DNA from: Thermoplasmata archaeon
GTDB taxonomy: Archaea > Thermoplasmatota > Thermoplasmata > Lutacidiplasmatales > UBA184
Assembly (NCBI GenBank): GCA_028864975.1
Contig: JAGWLG010000015.1
Location: 8,253 to 72,252 of the forward strand
Direction: 5' to 3'
Length of the DNA stretch: 64,000 nucleotides
Positions 25,678 through 35,506 of the stretch are shown here, piece after piece. The stretch's first letter is position 1, and the number at the start of each line of letters is the position of its first letter. Position numbers and translations under genes: made by a program. The notes below the pieces were generated by a model, which saw only the letters and a list, made by a program, of their open reading frames with translations, searched no databases and was not told the origin of the DNA.

Positions 25678-26712
25678 ATGGACCGACAGAGGATCGTCCT
25701 GGAGCTCGAGGCGGGCGAGGCCGGCGAACGGCTTCGTGGGTACGCCGAACGACGCGGGTTCCACCGGTTCCTCCTTGCGGTCGGCGCAGCGAAGTCCACC
25801 CTGGTCGGACGTGAGGTCGTCCTGCGCAAAGGGACCGCTCTTCGATTCCCCGGTGGGGGAGGGGAAGGCGAGGTGCTCCGGGTGGCCCGCCCTGCGGACC
25901 TCGAAGGGGTGCTTCGGGCGCTTCAGGCCCGGCCCCTGGTCCTGGTCGAATTCGATCGCGAGCGGGTCATCCCTCTGGAGAATCTCATCGCCATGCGGCA
26001 GACCGCGGGGGAACACGCTCCGGGGGCCCTTTGGGTCCGCGCCCAACGTGCCGAGGAAGTGCCGGGCCTCCTAGGTGCCCTGGAGCATGGTTCGGACGGA
26101 GCGGTCGTGGCCGTCTCGGTGACGGAAGAGATCGACCGGCTCGAGGCCCACATCGATCGCCCCCGACTCGAGCTCTCCTGGAAGATCGCCCAGGTCGCAC
26201 GCGTGACGCCCGGGGGGATCGGGGAGCGCGTGGTGGTCGACACGACCAGTCTGCTTGCCGAGGACGAGGGGATGCTCGTGGGGAGCCAGGGTGCGTTCCT
26301 CCTCCTGGTGGCTTCCGAGGCGCAAGGGTCGCGCTACACGAGACCCCGACCGTTCCGCGTCAACGCGGGAGCGGTGCACTCCTACACGCTGCTCGCCGAT
26401 GGAACGACCCGCTACCTTAGCGAACTGGAGGCCGGGGACCGCGTGGTCGTGGCCCGGCCCCGAGGAGACGCGAGGAGCGTCCGCGTCGGTCGGCTCAAGA
26501 TCGAGCGTCGCCCCTTCACCCTGGTCGAGGTCAAGGTGGGCGCCCGTCGCTACACCCTCTTCCTCCAGGAGGCGGAGACGGTGCGCCTGACCACGCCCAA
26601 GGGTCCCAAGCCCGTCCCGGAGCTCTCGATACGCGACCGCTTGCTGGGGGTCGAACTTCCCGCCGCACGCCACTTTGGCATGGCCGTGCACGAGACGATC
26701 CTGGAGCGCTAG
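25678..26712 (+). CDS. aroB': 3-dehydroquinate synthase II
   Basis: VIPLENLIA, LEHGSDG, G.GERVVVDT, EGMLVGS, RPFRVNAGAVHSY, TRYLSEL, VGRLKIERRP, LQEAETVRL, RHFGM...E.I.E; ATG 25678 with GAGG upstream. Confidence 0.93.
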   Translation: MDRQRIVLELEAGEAGERLRGYAERRGFHRFLLAVGAAKSTLVGREVVLRKGTALRFPGGGGEGEVLRVARPADLEGVLRALQARPLVLVEFDRERVIPLENLIAMRQTAGEHAPGALWVRAQRAEEVPGLLGALEHGSDGAVVAVSVTEEIDRLEAHIDRPRLELSWKIAQVARVTPGGIGERVVVDTTSLLAEDEGMLVGSQGAFLLLVASEAQGSRYTRPRPFRVNAGAVHSYTLLADGTTRYLSELEAGDRVVVARPRGDARSVRVGRLKIERRPFTLVEVKVGARRYTLFLQEAETVRLTTPKGPKPVPELSIRDRLLGVELPAARHFGMAVHETILER

Positions 26713-26715
26713 GAG

Positions 26716-28308
26716 ATGGGAGCGCGGGACCACGCGATCGACCCCGAGGTCCTCGCCCCCCGGCCCGGACATCCGCTCCTCGTGGCGACCCTCCCTGGCC
26801 GGAAGGCGGAGGACCTTCGAACCGAAGTGCAGCAAGCTGCCGAGGCTGGCGCCGACCTGGTCGAGTTCCGCCTGGATCGGTTGTCGCGGGGAGAGGTGGG
26901 GAGGCTCGAGAGGGTGCATGAGCTGCCGCTCCTGCACCCTTGGGTCCCCGCGATCGCCACGCTGCGCTCGAAGGCCGAAGGGGGAGAAGGCCCGGACGAC
27001 CTCCCCTCGCGCCGTAAGCTCGTCCTGGAGGCCCTCGACTCGCTTCCGTTCAGTTTCGTCGACCTCGAGGTCGCGCGCGATCTGCCGATGCGGGAGGAGC
27101 TCCGGAGCGCGGAAGGCCGCCGGCTCGGGGTCGTGGGCTCGGCCCACCTGCCCGCCGGGACCCCTACGGAGAAGGCGGTCCGGACCCTTCGTGCGGCGAT
27201 GCAGGGGAACGAGGTGGCCAAGGTCGTTCTCCCGGCTCCCGCGGGCCAGGTGGTCCGAGAGATCCTCCCGGCCCTGGAAAGTTTCCGAGGCTCTCCCTAT
27301 GTTTGTCACACGACCGGGGGTGCCGGGTCGCTGCTCCGTGTCCTCGCGCCACGCCTCGGGATGGCCTGGGTCTACTGCCGCCTACCGGGCGACCGCGGGG
27401 TGGCGGAGGTCGAACGCTCTCAGGTCCCCCTCGATCGGATGCGGCGCTTCATCAACTCCGGTCCGGAGGCCCCCTGGATGGCGGTCGTCGGGAACCCTAT
27501 CGGCCACACTCTCTCCCCCGACCTTCAGGCCTCCTTCCTGAAAGCGACCCATACCGAGGGCATCTACGTCGCGCTCGAGCTCACGTCCGAGGAGGAGTTC
27601 ATGACCGTCCTCCCGGCCCTCCGACGCTACGGGCTGCGGGGGGTGAACGCGACCCGTCCGTTCAAGCGGGCCGCGTATCAGCTAGCCAAGGTCCGTAGCG
27701 AACACGCCAGCGCTAGCGCGGCGGTGAACACGCTCGTCGCGGACCCTGCCGATCCTACGGGGTTCCGTGGGCACAACACGGACGTCTCCGCCCTGCTTCG
27801 CTGGTGGGGAGAGCTCGAGAAGGCGGGGACCCCGCTGGACCGGGTCCTGGTGGTGGGGACCGGGGGGGCCGCGCGCGCGGCGGTGCTCGCGAGCGTCCTT
27901 CACGGAGCCCAGGTCTTCGTCCTGGGCCGCCGCCCCGAGCGGGTCCAGGAGCTGGTCCATGACTTCCCTCCCGAGACGGTGCACGCGATCCCGCCGGGGT
28001 CCCTGCGAGAGTTCCCGCTCGTCGTCCACGCCACCCCCGTGGGCCAGGAGGGGGAGGAAGGGGGGGTCCTCGAGGTCCCCCTACAACGTGCTCTCGGAAG
28101 CGGAAGCCTCTTGGTCGACCTCGTGTACCGCCCTCGAGCGTCCACCGTGCAAGACCTGGTGAAGGCCCCTGGCGCCCGCTACGTCGACGGGATGCGGATG
28201 CTCGTTTACCAGGCTGCCGAAACCTTCCGTCTTTTCACCGGGACCCAGGTCCCCGACCGTCTGGTCGAGGAGTGGGTAGCCCCCGCTGCCGAGGGGGTGG
28301 CGGCATGA
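26716..28308 (+). CDS. aroDE: Bifunctional type I 3-dehydroquinate dehydratase / shikimate dehydrogenase
   Basis: N-terminal half: ADLVEFRLD, GSAH, VAKVV (Schiff-base Lys). C-terminal half: GNPIGHTLSP, NATRPFK, AVNT, GHNTD, GTGGAARA, DLVY, GMRMLVYQA. Confidence 0.9.
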   Translation: MGARDHAIDPEVLAPRPGHPLLVATLPGRKAEDLRTEVQQAAEAGADLVEFRLDRLSRGEVGRLERVHELPLLHPWVPAIATLRSKAEGGEGPDDLPSRRKLVLEALDSLPFSFVDLEVARDLPMREELRSAEGRRLGVVGSAHLPAGTPTEKAVRTLRAAMQGNEVAKVVLPAPAGQVVREILPALESFRGSPYVCHTTGGAGSLLRVLAPRLGMAWVYCRLPGDRGVAEVERSQVPLDRMRRFINSGPEAPWMAVVGNPIGHTLSPDLQASFLKATHTEGIYVALELTSEEEFMTVLPALRRYGLRGVNATRPFKRAAYQLAKVRSEHASASAAVNTLVADPADPTGFRGHNTDVSALLRWWGELEKAGTPLDRVLVVGTGGAARAAVLASVLHGAQVFVLGRRPERVQELVHDFPPETVHAIPPGSLREFPLVVHATPVGQEGEEGGVLEVPLQRALGSGSLLVDLVYRPRASTVQDLVKAPGARYVDGMRMLVYQAAETFRLFTGTQVPDRLVEEWVAPAAEGVAA

Positions 28309-29201
28309 GCGCCGCAGGTCCGGTGACGATGGGGCCGACGCTTCGTGACGGCGCCTGGGGCGCCATCTCCTTCCTGAACGCGATCCCCCAGGGGATCGGC
28401 TGTGCCGCCGCGATCTCCCTTCCCGTCACGGTCGAGGTCCAGTACGTCCCGGCTCCGCCGCAGAGCAAGCCCTGGCTCGACACCACCGAGGGGGAGGCGA
28501 CCCCGCTCCTGCGCTGGACCCTGGACAAGGTCTACGAGAGCGTTCCCGTCCCTCCCATCTACAAGTTCCATGTGGCGGTGAGGTCGGGGGTTCCCCCCCA
28601 AAAGGGCCTCAAGAGCTCCTCGGCGGTCTCCGTCGCCCTCGCGCGGGCGCTGCGTCGGGTCCTAGGCCAGAGCCCGACCCCTGCGGAAGTCGCCACGCTC
28701 TCCGCCAAGGCGGCCCTGGCGGCGGGGGTCTCGGTCACCGGCGCCTTCGACGACGCGCTCGCGTGCGCCATGGGCGGCGTGGTGGTCGCTGACGTCCGGG
28801 CGCACTGGCAGATGCTCTCCACCGAGGTCCCTTCGGGACTTCAGGCCCTCCTCTGGATACCGGAGACCACCCGCCCCGACCTTGCGAAGCGGAGCTCCGA
28901 GCTGAGGGCGCCCGACATGAACGCCAAGGAGGCGGTCCGCCTCGCGCTCCGGGGCGACTATCTCAAGGCGATGAAGTACAACTCGCTCGTCGTGGAGCGG
29001 GCGTTGGGTTACGATTACGCCAAGTTACGCGAGGCCGGGCTCACCAAGGGAGCGCTGTCGGCCGGGGTCACCGGGAACGGTCCGGCGGTGGCCTTCGTCT
29101 GCCCCCGGGAGCTGACCCCGCAGGTGGCCTCCGCCCTACCATGGCAGGGCGCGAAGCTGCTCACGGCGGAGTTCGTGCGCCCCGGGGTGGTGCCCGCGTG
29201 A
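28305..29201 (+). CDS. aroK: Archaeal shikimate kinase (GHMP family)
   Basis: GAISFLNAIP.GIG.A, P..KGLKSSSA, GVSVTGAFDDA, GVTGNGPA; ATGA overlap. Confidence 0.92.
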   Translation: MSAAGPVTMGPTLRDGAWGAISFLNAIPQGIGCAAAISLPVTVEVQYVPAPPQSKPWLDTTEGEATPLLRWTLDKVYESVPVPPIYKFHVAVRSGVPPQKGLKSSSAVSVALARALRRVLGQSPTPAEVATLSAKAALAAGVSVTGAFDDALACAMGGVVVADVRAHWQMLSTEVPSGLQALLWIPETTRPDLAKRSSELRAPDMNAKEAVRLALRGDYLKAMKYNSLVVERALGYDYAKLREAGLTKGALSAGVTGNGPAVAFVCPRELTPQVASALPWQGAKLLTAEFVRPGVVPA

Positions 29202-30652
29202 TGGTGCCTGCCGAACGTCAACGACCCGCAAGGACCGCCACTTCGCCGGACCCCGAAGCGGCTCTTCTCAGGTTGAATGAGGGTGCGGGCCTGCCGCCGC
29301 TTCCAGGACGGGTCGTGGTCACCCCGGGCACCGCCCGCGGGACGCTGACCGCTCCACCTTCCAAGAGCTACACCCACCGCGCGCTCGTCGTCGCCGCGCT
29401 CGCCGAGGGACCCACGAGGGTGATCGGGGGGCTCCGGAGCGAGGACACGCTGGCCAGCCTTCGGGCGGTCATCAGGTTGGGTGGGCAGCTGCGGGCAGCC
29501 CCCCCTGAGGCGCCTCCGGGAGGGGAAAGCGTCCTTCCTCCGCTCGCGCTCGACCCTCTCCCCCTGGGCCCGAGTCATGGAGGGGTGGCGGAGATCGACA
29601 CCGCCGAGTCCGGGACCACCCTGCGGCTCTTTAGCGCCGTCGCCGCGCTCCTCCCTCGTACCTCCCGCTTCTCCGGGAGTCCTTCTCTCGCCCGGCGCCC
29701 TCTGGGTGGGCTCCTCCAAGCCCTTGCTTGTCTGGGGGCCAGCTTCGATGGCCCTCCTCCAGGTCGGTCCCTACCCTTCTCGGTCCGCGGGCCGCTCCAC
29801 GGGGGGAGCGTCTCGGTCTCCGGGAGCGAAAGTAGCCAGTTCACTTCCGCGCTGCTCATCGCGCTCCCTTGCCTTGCGGAGGGCTCCGAGCTCCAGGTCG
29901 CAGGTGCGAGGGTGAGCCTTCCGTACGTGGAGGCAACGCTCGAGGTCCTGCGACAGCAAGGAGTGCACATCGAGAGCGCGCCCTCCAACCGCTACGTCAT
30001 CCCGGGCGGTCAGCGCTACCGGGGAGGCCACCTCACGGTCACGGGCGACGCCTCCTCCGCCGCGTACTTCCTCGCCTTGGGCGCCATCCAAGGTGGGCCC
30101 ATCACGGTCAAAGGGGTTGACCTGCACGTCCCGCAGGCCGACCTGGCCCTGCTCCCTGTGCTCGAACGTGCAGGGGCACGCGTCCGTCGCGGCGAACGGG
30201 AGCTCACCGTGGAGCGCCGCGGGGGAAGGCTCTCGCCCTTCGAGGTCGACCTGACGGCCTCGCCCGATCTTGCCCCCCTTCTGGCCGTCGTGGCCGCCTT
30301 CGCCCAGGGGCGATCAAAGCTGCTCGGGGCTTCCCATCTCGAGGCCAAGGAGAGCGACCGTCGACAGGGCTCCTTGAGGCTGGCCCAGGCGCTGGGCGCG
30401 AGCGCACGAGCGACCGAGGAAGGTATCGAGGTCGAGGGCCCCGTTCAGGTGTGCTCGCTGGACCTGAGGGACCTCTCGGACCACCGGATGTTCATGAGCG
30501 CCGCGGTCGCCGCTGCCGCCCTCAAGGAGCCCTCGACGCTCGAAGACCCCCGGGTGGTGCGCAAGTCCTACCCGGGTTTCCTGGAGGACCTGGGGAGCCT
30601 GGGGATACAGGTCGAAGGCGCTCGGGGGGGAGCTCCTGGGAGGTCGACATGA
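29201..30652 (+). CDS. aroA: EPSP synthase (3-phosphoshikimate 1-carboxyvinyltransferase)
   Basis: PPSKSYTHR, ESGTTLR, SSQFTSALL, GDASSA.YF, PDL.P, KESDR, DHRM, KSYPGF. Start is ATG 29201 or GTG 29198. Confidence 0.95.
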   Translation: MVPAERQRPARTATSPDPEAALLRLNEGAGLPPLPGRVVVTPGTARGTLTAPPSKSYTHRALVVAALAEGPTRVIGGLRSEDTLASLRAVIRLGGQLRAAPPEAPPGGESVLPPLALDPLPLGPSHGGVAEIDTAESGTTLRLFSAVAALLPRTSRFSGSPSLARRPLGGLLQALACLGASFDGPPPGRSLPFSVRGPLHGGSVSVSGSESSQFTSALLIALPCLAEGSELQVAGARVSLPYVEATLEVLRQQGVHIESAPSNRYVIPGGQRYRGGHLTVTGDASSAAYFLALGAIQGGPITVKGVDLHVPQADLALLPVLERAGARVRRGERELTVERRGGRLSPFEVDLTASPDLAPLLAVVAAFAQGRSKLLGASHLEAKESDRRQGSLRLAQALGASARATEEGIEVEGPVQVCSLDLRDLSDHRMFMSAAVAAAALKEPSTLEDPRVVRKSYPGFLEDLGSLGIQVEGARGGAPGRST

Positions 30653-31737
30653 GGATGGCGATCGGGGAAGCGCTCCGTCTCACCCTCTTTGGCTCAAGCC
30701 ACGGTCCCGTCGTGGGTGCCGTGCTCGAGGGTCTCCCCGCGGGGACCCCTGTCGACCTTGAGGCGGTCCAGCGCGAGCTGGACCGTAGGCGCCCCATCGG
30801 TCGCGCGCTCGCGACCAAGCGGCGGGAAGAGGACCAGCTCCGAGTGGAATCCGGGCTCGTCAACGGACGCACCACGGGAGACCCGCTCGTCGGGGTGGTC
30901 GAGAACCGGGACGTCCGGCGAGGGCCATACCGAGAGCTCGAGGACGTCCCTCGACCCGGGCATGCGGACTTCCCCGCGAGGATGCGATACGGCGAGGCCT
31001 TCGACCTTTCCGGAGGGGGGATCTTCTCCGGCCGGATGACCGTGGGGCTGGTCTTTGGAGGGGCGGTCGCCCGAGGCCTCCTCTCCCCTCAGGGGATCGA
31101 TGTGCTCGCCTTCACCCGCTCCTTGGGAGGGGTCGACGCCTCGGCGGCCTCGCTCGAGCGACGGCTCCCTGAGCTTCGTGCCGACGTGCTGTCGCACGAG
31201 GTGGGGTGCCCGGACCTGTCCGCGTCCAAGCGGATGTCGGAGGCGATCGAGCGCGCACGGAAGGACGGCGACAGCGTCGGGGGTGTCATCGAGGTGCGGG
31301 CTGAGGGGCTGCCCGTCGGGGTGGGCGAGCCGTTCTTCGACTCGGTCGAGAGCACCCTCGCCCATGCGCTCTTCTCGGTCCCGGCGGTCAAGGGGGTCGA
31401 GTTCGGCGCGGGATTCACGGCCGCAAGGATGCGCGGGAGCGAGCACAACGACCCGTTCTTCGTGGAGGACGGACGGGTCCGTAGCCGCACCAACCACGCC
31501 GGAGGCATCCTGGGGGGGCTCACCACGGGAATGCCCCTGGTGGCGCGGGTCGTGGTCAAGCCCACCTCCTCGATCGCCAAGGAGCAGGAGTCCGTCTCGC
31601 TGAGCACGAAGTCCTCACGTAGGCTTGTGGTCAAGGGGCGGCACGACCCATGTATCGTCCCGCGTGCGGTCCCCGTGGTGGAGAACCTCACCGCGTTCGT
31701 GCTGGCGGACCTGATGGCCCGCGGGGGGTTCCTGTGA
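30649..31737 (+). CDS. aroC: Chorismate synthase
   Basis: FG.SHG, PRPGHAD, DSVGG, SVPAVKGVEFG, NHAGGILGG, KPTSSI, GRHDPC. Confidence 0.96.
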   Translation: MRMAIGEALRLTLFGSSHGPVVGAVLEGLPAGTPVDLEAVQRELDRRRPIGRALATKRREEDQLRVESGLVNGRTTGDPLVGVVENRDVRRGPYRELEDVPRPGHADFPARMRYGEAFDLSGGGIFSGRMTVGLVFGGAVARGLLSPQGIDVLAFTRSLGGVDASAASLERRLPELRADVLSHEVGCPDLSASKRMSEAIERARKDGDSVGGVIEVRAEGLPVGVGEPFFDSVESTLAHALFSVPAVKGVEFGAGFTAARMRGSEHNDPFFVEDGRVRSRTNHAGGILGGLTTGMPLVARVVVKPTSSIAKEQESVSLSTKSSRRLVVKGRHDPCIVPRAVPVVENLTAFVLADLMARGGFL

Positions 31738-32822
31738 GCGAAGCGCGCCGGAGGACGGTGCTCCTGGGCGCGAGCGGCTGGATCGGGCAGCACTTCGCGC
31801 GGTTGTTGGACGACCATCCGTACTTCGACTCCCCGATCCTGACCGGGGCGACGAGCGCGGGGAAGAGCCTGGGCGAGCTCTGGCAGCTGGCGGACCAGCC
31901 CGTGCCCCAGGGGCTCGCAGAATCGAAGATCGAGAGGTTGACCCCTGCGGAGATCGCGCGGAGGGGGGTCGAGGTCGCCTTCAGCGCCCTTCCTTCGGGG
32001 GAGGCCGGAGCCTTCGAGGCCGAGCTCGCCCGCCGGGGGGTCGCCGTCTTCTCCAACGCTTCCGCGCATCGGATGGACCCCCAGGTCCCCTTGGTCATCC
32101 CCGAGATCAACGGGGACCATCTCGACGCCATCGAACGGCAGCCGTGGGAAGGCAGCATCGTCACGAACTCGAACTGTTCTACGGCAGGCCTCGTGCTGGC
32201 CCTCGCTCCCCTGGTGCCCTTGCTCCGGCCCAAGGAGGTCTTCGTGGCGACCTACCAGGCCCTCTCCGGGGCAGGCTACCCTGGGGTCCCCTCCCTGTCG
32301 ATCGAGGACAACGTCCTTCCGTTCATCGCGGAGGAGGAGGAGAAGATGGAGCGTGAGACCGCGAAGATCCTGGGGGGCTTTCGGGGCGGACGTTTCCGTC
32401 CCCTCTCGCTTCCCGTGAGCGCGCACTGCGCTCGCGTAGGCTCCCGGGAGGGCCACCTCGAGGCCGTGACCCTCAAGGCCGGGACCCCTGCCAAGGCCTC
32501 GGAGATCGTTCGGGCTTGGGAGGACTTCCAACCCCTCTCCCCTCGAGCGCGTGGCGACCGTGAAACGCTCCCGACCGCCCCTGATCACCCCGTGGTCTAC
32601 CGGCGGGAGGTGGACCGTCCTCAGCCCATCCGCGACCGTTGGGCCGGGACCCCCGCGCGCGCACGGGGCATGGCCGTGAGCGTCGGCCGCCTCCGGGTCG
32701 ACCGTGAGCATGTCCGGTTCTTCACGCTCTCGCACAACGCGGTCCGAGGGGGAGCTGGTGGGAGCGTGCTCAATGCCGAGCTCGCCCTTCGGAAGGGGCT
32801 TCTCGGAGGGCGACGGAGATGA
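31734..32822 (+). CDS. asd: Aspartate-semialdehyde dehydrogenase (archaeal type)
   Basis: LGASGWIGQ, FSALP, SNASAHRM...PLVIPEIN, TNSNCST (catalytic Cys), YQALSGAG, EEEKME.ET.KIL, GHLE, HNAVRGGAG; GTGA overlap. Confidence 0.95.
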   Translation: MSEARRRTVLLGASGWIGQHFARLLDDHPYFDSPILTGATSAGKSLGELWQLADQPVPQGLAESKIERLTPAEIARRGVEVAFSALPSGEAGAFEAELARRGVAVFSNASAHRMDPQVPLVIPEINGDHLDAIERQPWEGSIVTNSNCSTAGLVLALAPLVPLLRPKEVFVATYQALSGAGYPGVPSLSIEDNVLPFIAEEEEKMERETAKILGGFRGGRFRPLSLPVSAHCARVGSREGHLEAVTLKAGTPAKASEIVRAWEDFQPLSPRARGDRETLPTAPDHPVVYRREVDRPQPIRDRWAGTPARARGMAVSVGRLRVDREHVRFFTLSHNAVRGGAGGSVLNAELALRKGLLGGRRR

Positions 32823-34204
32823 CCACGGAAGCGCTTTGCGTCGTCAAGTACGGAGGGGCCGCCCTCGGTTCGGAGGAGAGCCTCCGGGACGTGATCCGTG
32901 AACTGCGAGCTCGCAAAGGCCCCATCGTAACGGTCGTTTCCGCACGGGAAGGGGTCACGGACCTGCTCAAGGCGGCGACCGCCGACCCCGCGAGCCGCGC
33001 TCGGCACGAAGAGGTCCTTCGCAAGCTCACCGCGCTCCATGCGGGGGGACCCCGAGAGGTTACGCTCGCGCTGCGCGCGCTCGAACGGCAGCTCACCCGT
33101 CTGCGGAGCGCGATGCGTCAGCTGCCTCCCAGGGCCCGCCGCTACCCCTCCACCCGCGCGCCGGTCGTCCTTTCGGACGCTATCCTCGCGCAGGGAGAGC
33201 GCCTGGCGGCGCATTGGTTCGCCGACCGTCTCCGACATGGGCGGGTAGCGGCACGGGCCTTGGAAGCGGACCTGATCGGGCTCTCGACGGACGACCACCA
33301 CGGCGAGGCGATCGTCCTGCTCGACCGGTCGGAGCTCCCGGTCCGCCGCGCCGTGACGCCCCTGCTGAGGCGGGGCCAGGTGCCGGTGGTCACCGGGTTC
33401 CTGGGCCGATCTCCCTCCGGGAAGGTCGCGACGCTCGGCCGAGGAGGGTCGGACTACTCGGCGACGTGCCTCGGGTACCTTCTCGGGGCCTCCCGCGTGG
33501 AGCTGGTCAAGAAGGACGTCTCGATCCTTACAGCGGACCCCCGCATCGTCCCGGCCGCCCGGCCTCTCTCGCGCCTCTCCTACGAGGAGGCGGAGGAGCT
33601 GGCGCAGTTTGGCGCCAAGGTCCTCCACCCGCTCACCGTCGAGCCCGCCCGCGCGCGTGGCGTCGAGGTCGTGATCCGCTCCCTCGAGGACCCGACCAGG
33701 ACCACGACCATCGGACCCGCCCTTCCGGGGGAAGGCATCCGGGCCTTGACGCTCCTTTCGCCCACGGCGATGCTCCTGCTCCGCGTTCCGGGGGGGCGCC
33801 AGCGGAGGGGGGTGATCGCCGAGGTGAGCCGCACGCTCGCCGCGGCGGAGGTGAACGTCATCACGATGTTCACCTCCTCGGCCCTCCTGATCGTGCTCGT
33901 TGAGATGGCCTCGGGCCGCAAGGCCCGCAGGGCCTTGGACCCGTTCGCTCGGGGGGACGGGGCCTCGCTGGAAGGGCCGCTGGAGGCCGCCCTGGTGACC
34001 GCGATCGGGGAGGGGGTGCTCGCGGACCTCGGAGGGCTTCCGGGGGACGTGGCCTCCCGGGCGCTCGGGGTCTCGGCGACCTCCCGGACCCTCTCCTTCG
34101 CCGTGCCCATGGCCTCGGGTCGCGAATCGCTCGTGAGCCTCCACCGTGCCCTGGTCGAGCTTCCCCGAGCGGTCACGCTCGAGGGCACCGTCCGGGGCAC
34201 CTGA
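32819..34204 (+). CDS. ask: Aspartate kinase with C-terminal ACT-like region
   Basis: VVKYGG, VVSA..GVTD, GER, VPVVTGF, TLGRGGSDYSA, ADPRIVP, SYEEA.ELA.FGAKVLHP. Confidence 0.93.
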   Translation: MTTEALCVVKYGGAALGSEESLRDVIRELRARKGPIVTVVSAREGVTDLLKAATADPASRARHEEVLRKLTALHAGGPREVTLALRALERQLTRLRSAMRQLPPRARRYPSTRAPVVLSDAILAQGERLAAHWFADRLRHGRVAARALEADLIGLSTDDHHGEAIVLLDRSELPVRRAVTPLLRRGQVPVVTGFLGRSPSGKVATLGRGGSDYSATCLGYLLGASRVELVKKDVSILTADPRIVPAARPLSRLSYEEAEELAQFGAKVLHPLTVEPARARGVEVVIRSLEDPTRTTTIGPALPGEGIRALTLLSPTAMLLLRVPGGRQRRGVIAEVSRTLAAAEVNVITMFTSSALLIVLVEMASGRKARRALDPFARGDGASLEGPLEAALVTAIGEGVLADLGGLPGDVASRALGVSATSRTLSFAVPMASGRESLVSLHRALVELPRAVTLEGTVRGT

Positions 34205-34219
34205 AAGGGGGAGCATGCG

Positions 34220-35506
34220 ATGCCGGCACCCACCCCCCGAGCCGGCCCCCACCGCGACCCGTGGTGGAACTTCGTTCGTCGGAGCGCGGAGGACCCCGCG
34301 AGCGCCTTCTACTTCGAGCGGGGGGCCTCCCCCGGTCGGAGCGGACGCTACTCGTTCTTCGGGTTCGGCCCGTCCGAGCGAGAGGAATGGTCCGAACCTC
34401 GGGACGTGTCGGCCTCGCGCCTCCGCGTCCGGGGGAACGACCCACATCGCGCGGACGGAAGCTGGGTCGGGTTCGTCGGGTTCGACGCCGTAGGGCTTTT
34501 CGAACCTCTGCTCGGGCCCTCGACCCCCCGAGGCTCACCCTTCCCGGTCGCCCTGTTCGACCGGTACCCGCATGTCGAGCACGCCCACCATCTTGGGGCC
34601 CCCGAAAGGGGGGCCGCGCCCGGTCTTCCCCCGAGCCCCGAAGTTGGTGAGGTCGAGGACTCCACAACGCGCGACCGCTTCGAGCGCTCGGTGGAGCATC
34701 TCCGCGAGGCGATCTACGACGGCGAGGCCTTCCAGGTCGTCCTCGCGCACCGGCGGTCCCGGCGCTTCAGGGGGAGCCTGCTCCCGGTGGTCGACCGCCT
34801 GCGTCGCGAGGAGCACTTCGCCTTCCTGTACTATCTCCGCATCGTGGACGGGACCTCGGCAGGAGGAACGCCCATCGAGATCGCGGGGGCGTCGCCCGAG
34901 TCCGTAGTCGAGATCCGGGACGGGACGGTCGCGGTCAACCCGATCGCCGGGACCCGCCCCCTCCCCGCCCCCACGCGGGGACCCGCGGCCCGCCTTCCGT
35001 TGGACAAGGACCCCAAGGAGCTCGCGGAGCACCGGATGCTCGTCGATCTCGCCCGCAACGATATCGGACGGGTCTCCCAGGTGGGGAGCGTCCACCTCTC
35101 TCGACGTGAGACCCGCGTGCCTTACGCACGTCTGGAGCACCTCGTCAGCCGGGTCGTCGGCCGTCTGAGCAACGGCGCGAGCGCGATCGACGCGCTGGTC
35201 GCGACCTTCCCGGCGGGGACGGTGAGCGGGGCGCCCAAGATCCGTGCCACCGAGCTTTTGCGCAGGGAGGAGCGGTCCTGGCGCGGGACGTACGGGGGGA
35301 CGGTCGGGATCGTGACCCCCGGCGGGGAGGCCGATTTCGCGCTCGCGATCCGCTCGGCCGCCGCGGCCCGGGGCCGGGTCTACACGCAGGCCGGAGCGGG
35401 GATCGTCCACCTCTCGAAACCCGCCCAGGAATGGGAGGAGACCCTCGCCAAGCTGGCGACCGTCGAGCGGGCCCTCGAGGGAAAGATACGGAGGGTCCGG
35501 CGTTGA
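34220..35506 (+). CDS. trpE: Anthranilate synthase component I (N-terminally compact)
   Basis: GEAFQVVL, GASPE, PIAGTRP, KELAEHRMLVDLARND, HLVS, FPAGTVSGAPKIRA, YGG.VG, QAGAGIV..S.P..E..ET..K; trp operon context. Confidence 0.92.
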   Translation: MPAPTPRAGPHRDPWWNFVRRSAEDPASAFYFERGASPGRSGRYSFFGFGPSEREEWSEPRDVSASRLRVRGNDPHRADGSWVGFVGFDAVGLFEPLLGPSTPRGSPFPVALFDRYPHVEHAHHLGAPERGAAPGLPPSPEVGEVEDSTTRDRFERSVEHLREAIYDGEAFQVVLAHRRSRRFRGSLLPVVDRLRREEHFAFLYYLRIVDGTSAGGTPIEIAGASPESVVEIRDGTVAVNPIAGTRPLPAPTRGPAARLPLDKDPKELAEHRMLVDLARNDIGRVSQVGSVHLSRRETRVPYARLEHLVSRVVGRLSNGASAIDALVATFPAGTVSGAPKIRATELLRREERSWRGTYGGTVGIVTPGGEADFALAIRSAAAARGRVYTQAGAGIVHLSKPAQEWEETLAKLATVERALEGKIRRVRR

